From contig JBHGNT010000017.1 of the NCBI GenBank assembly GCA_043228905.1, positions 18,724,001 through 18,788,000 on the forward strand: a DNA stretch of 64,000 nucleotides, written 5' to 3'. This document shows, one piece after another, positions 62,727 to 64,000 of the stretch. Under the pieces are notes generated by a model. It saw nothing but the letters and a program-made list of their open reading frames with translations. It searched no databases and was not told where the DNA came from. Numbering within the stretch: the first letter of the stretch is position 1; each line of letters opens with the position of its first letter. The position numbers and the translations under genes were made by a program. Origin of the DNA: Azolla caroliniana (lineage: Eukaryota > Plantae > Polypodiophyta).

Positions 62727-64000
62727 TTTTCATTAACAATGAGATACTTTAATTGTATAAATATGTCAACAATAAAATTTGGCCACTTTCATTACAACTA
62801 CTTTTTGGCATTTGAGTGGATTAAACAAGAACTGTAATGAGAGTTACAAATGTAATTTAATGGTCAACTTCTTTGTAAGTACTAGACTTTTTAAGGGCAA
62901 TCTTATTTGTTTGCACCTGTTATATTATAGAAGAGTTATTGATGTTGATGTTGCAACAGTTAGTTTTTGTAGCAAAGTGTAAGTATGGATGATCTCAAAT
63001 GAAAAGTATGCAATAACAAGCATAAACCAAAAGTCAATGCTCAAGGAATAATCCACAAACTTAAATTTTTGAACAACAAGACCAACCGGTACACCATTGT
63101 CCTTATGCATTTGATTTTGATGCAATAGCCTCATGGACTATGCATAATAATTTGTGGCAATGTAACAAAATATGTAATATGACGTACAAAGGAAACAACC
63201 ACAATGTGCTTCAACATGTGATGTGTTGTTATCCATATAGACTTTGAGCCAAATTTACTATTGAATGCTCGATTAGATATGAGTTCCATTATGTACAAAT
63301 GTGTGAGAACTACACAACAAGATGCACCATGCAAATAACACAACAATAACACTAAAAAGCCTTCAAATTACAGTTGTATTACGAGCATAATTGTAACTGT
63401 AGTAATGGGCTAGGAATGAAGGGTGAGGATTCAATTATCTCAATCCTACGGTGACAGATAACTTTAGAGAATTTCATTTACTTAACCTCTTTTTATAAAT
63501 AAAAAACACAGCCAAGTGTGAAACATTCAAGGGACTACGTTCAAGAGACCAGGGTTTGAGCCTATGTAAGAAGGCTAACTATCTTCATGGGGGGAAGCTC
63601 ATTTCTTTATTGTTTTATATAAAGACTCTGATTGTGTAACTTCACACAGGCGCGCCTCCTTCTCCTTCAAACCCAAGGTACAATCCATTTTCGTACTTGT
63701 TGGTATGGGACATCGATGGGGACTCAAATCTGTCTCTCACCTTCACTAAGGGGTGATTGGGAGGACCAACACCTTTTCTTCCTTATTTCCTTCTTAATTG
63801 GCTTAACATTAATTCCAGTTCTATTAGTTGGATTAGAGCATGATTAATGTTTTCTTGTGTTGGCTATTTTTTGTATGTTTTCCTTAATCTTGAAGCAATT
63901 AATGGAGTGCATTTTCTTGATCCAGAAACAAGAAACTCGAGAATTTCGATATTCTCTGTTTCTTTTTCTTTTCAATTGTGTTAAGCTTTTCTATTCTTTT

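Overview
This is land-plant nuclear DNA; the retroelement types suggest a non-seed plant such as a bryophyte, which is inference. About 55 kb is a deeply nested retroelement cluster, followed by AT-rich intergenic DNA and one intact host gene, a 4-exon class III peroxidase (60345-62726). I resolved the nesting from LTR termini, PBS/PPT and target-site duplications (TSDs); the letters are my own labels. Nest 1: Athila-like Gypsy C (with an intact extra ~900-aa ORF) sits in Copia B, which sits in non-autonomous element A, which sits in Gypsy D. Nest 2: F sits in solo LTR G, which sits in E. Nest 3: Copia K sits in tRNA-Trp-primed Gypsy H, which sits in a Penelope-like element (PLE), which sits in Copia relic J; J is also largely replaced by an L1-like LINE. 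The strongest candidate for an undescribed system is the endonuclease-less PLE (33171-51305). It has direct terminal repeats each carrying a minimal hammerhead ribozyme, an ORF1 joined to the RT by a -1 frameshift signal (A AAA AAC plus a long hairpin), and a ~355-bp flanking target duplication. The second candidate is the tRNA-Trp-primed Gypsy family (autonomous H; derivatives A, E, F, G, I). It makes 4-bp CpG-centred TSDs, has a covarying pre-PPT hairpin, has a -1 frameshift signal between protease and RT, and has gag-plus-repeat non-autonomous parasites. All calls are by eye; no searches were run, so novelty is unverified.
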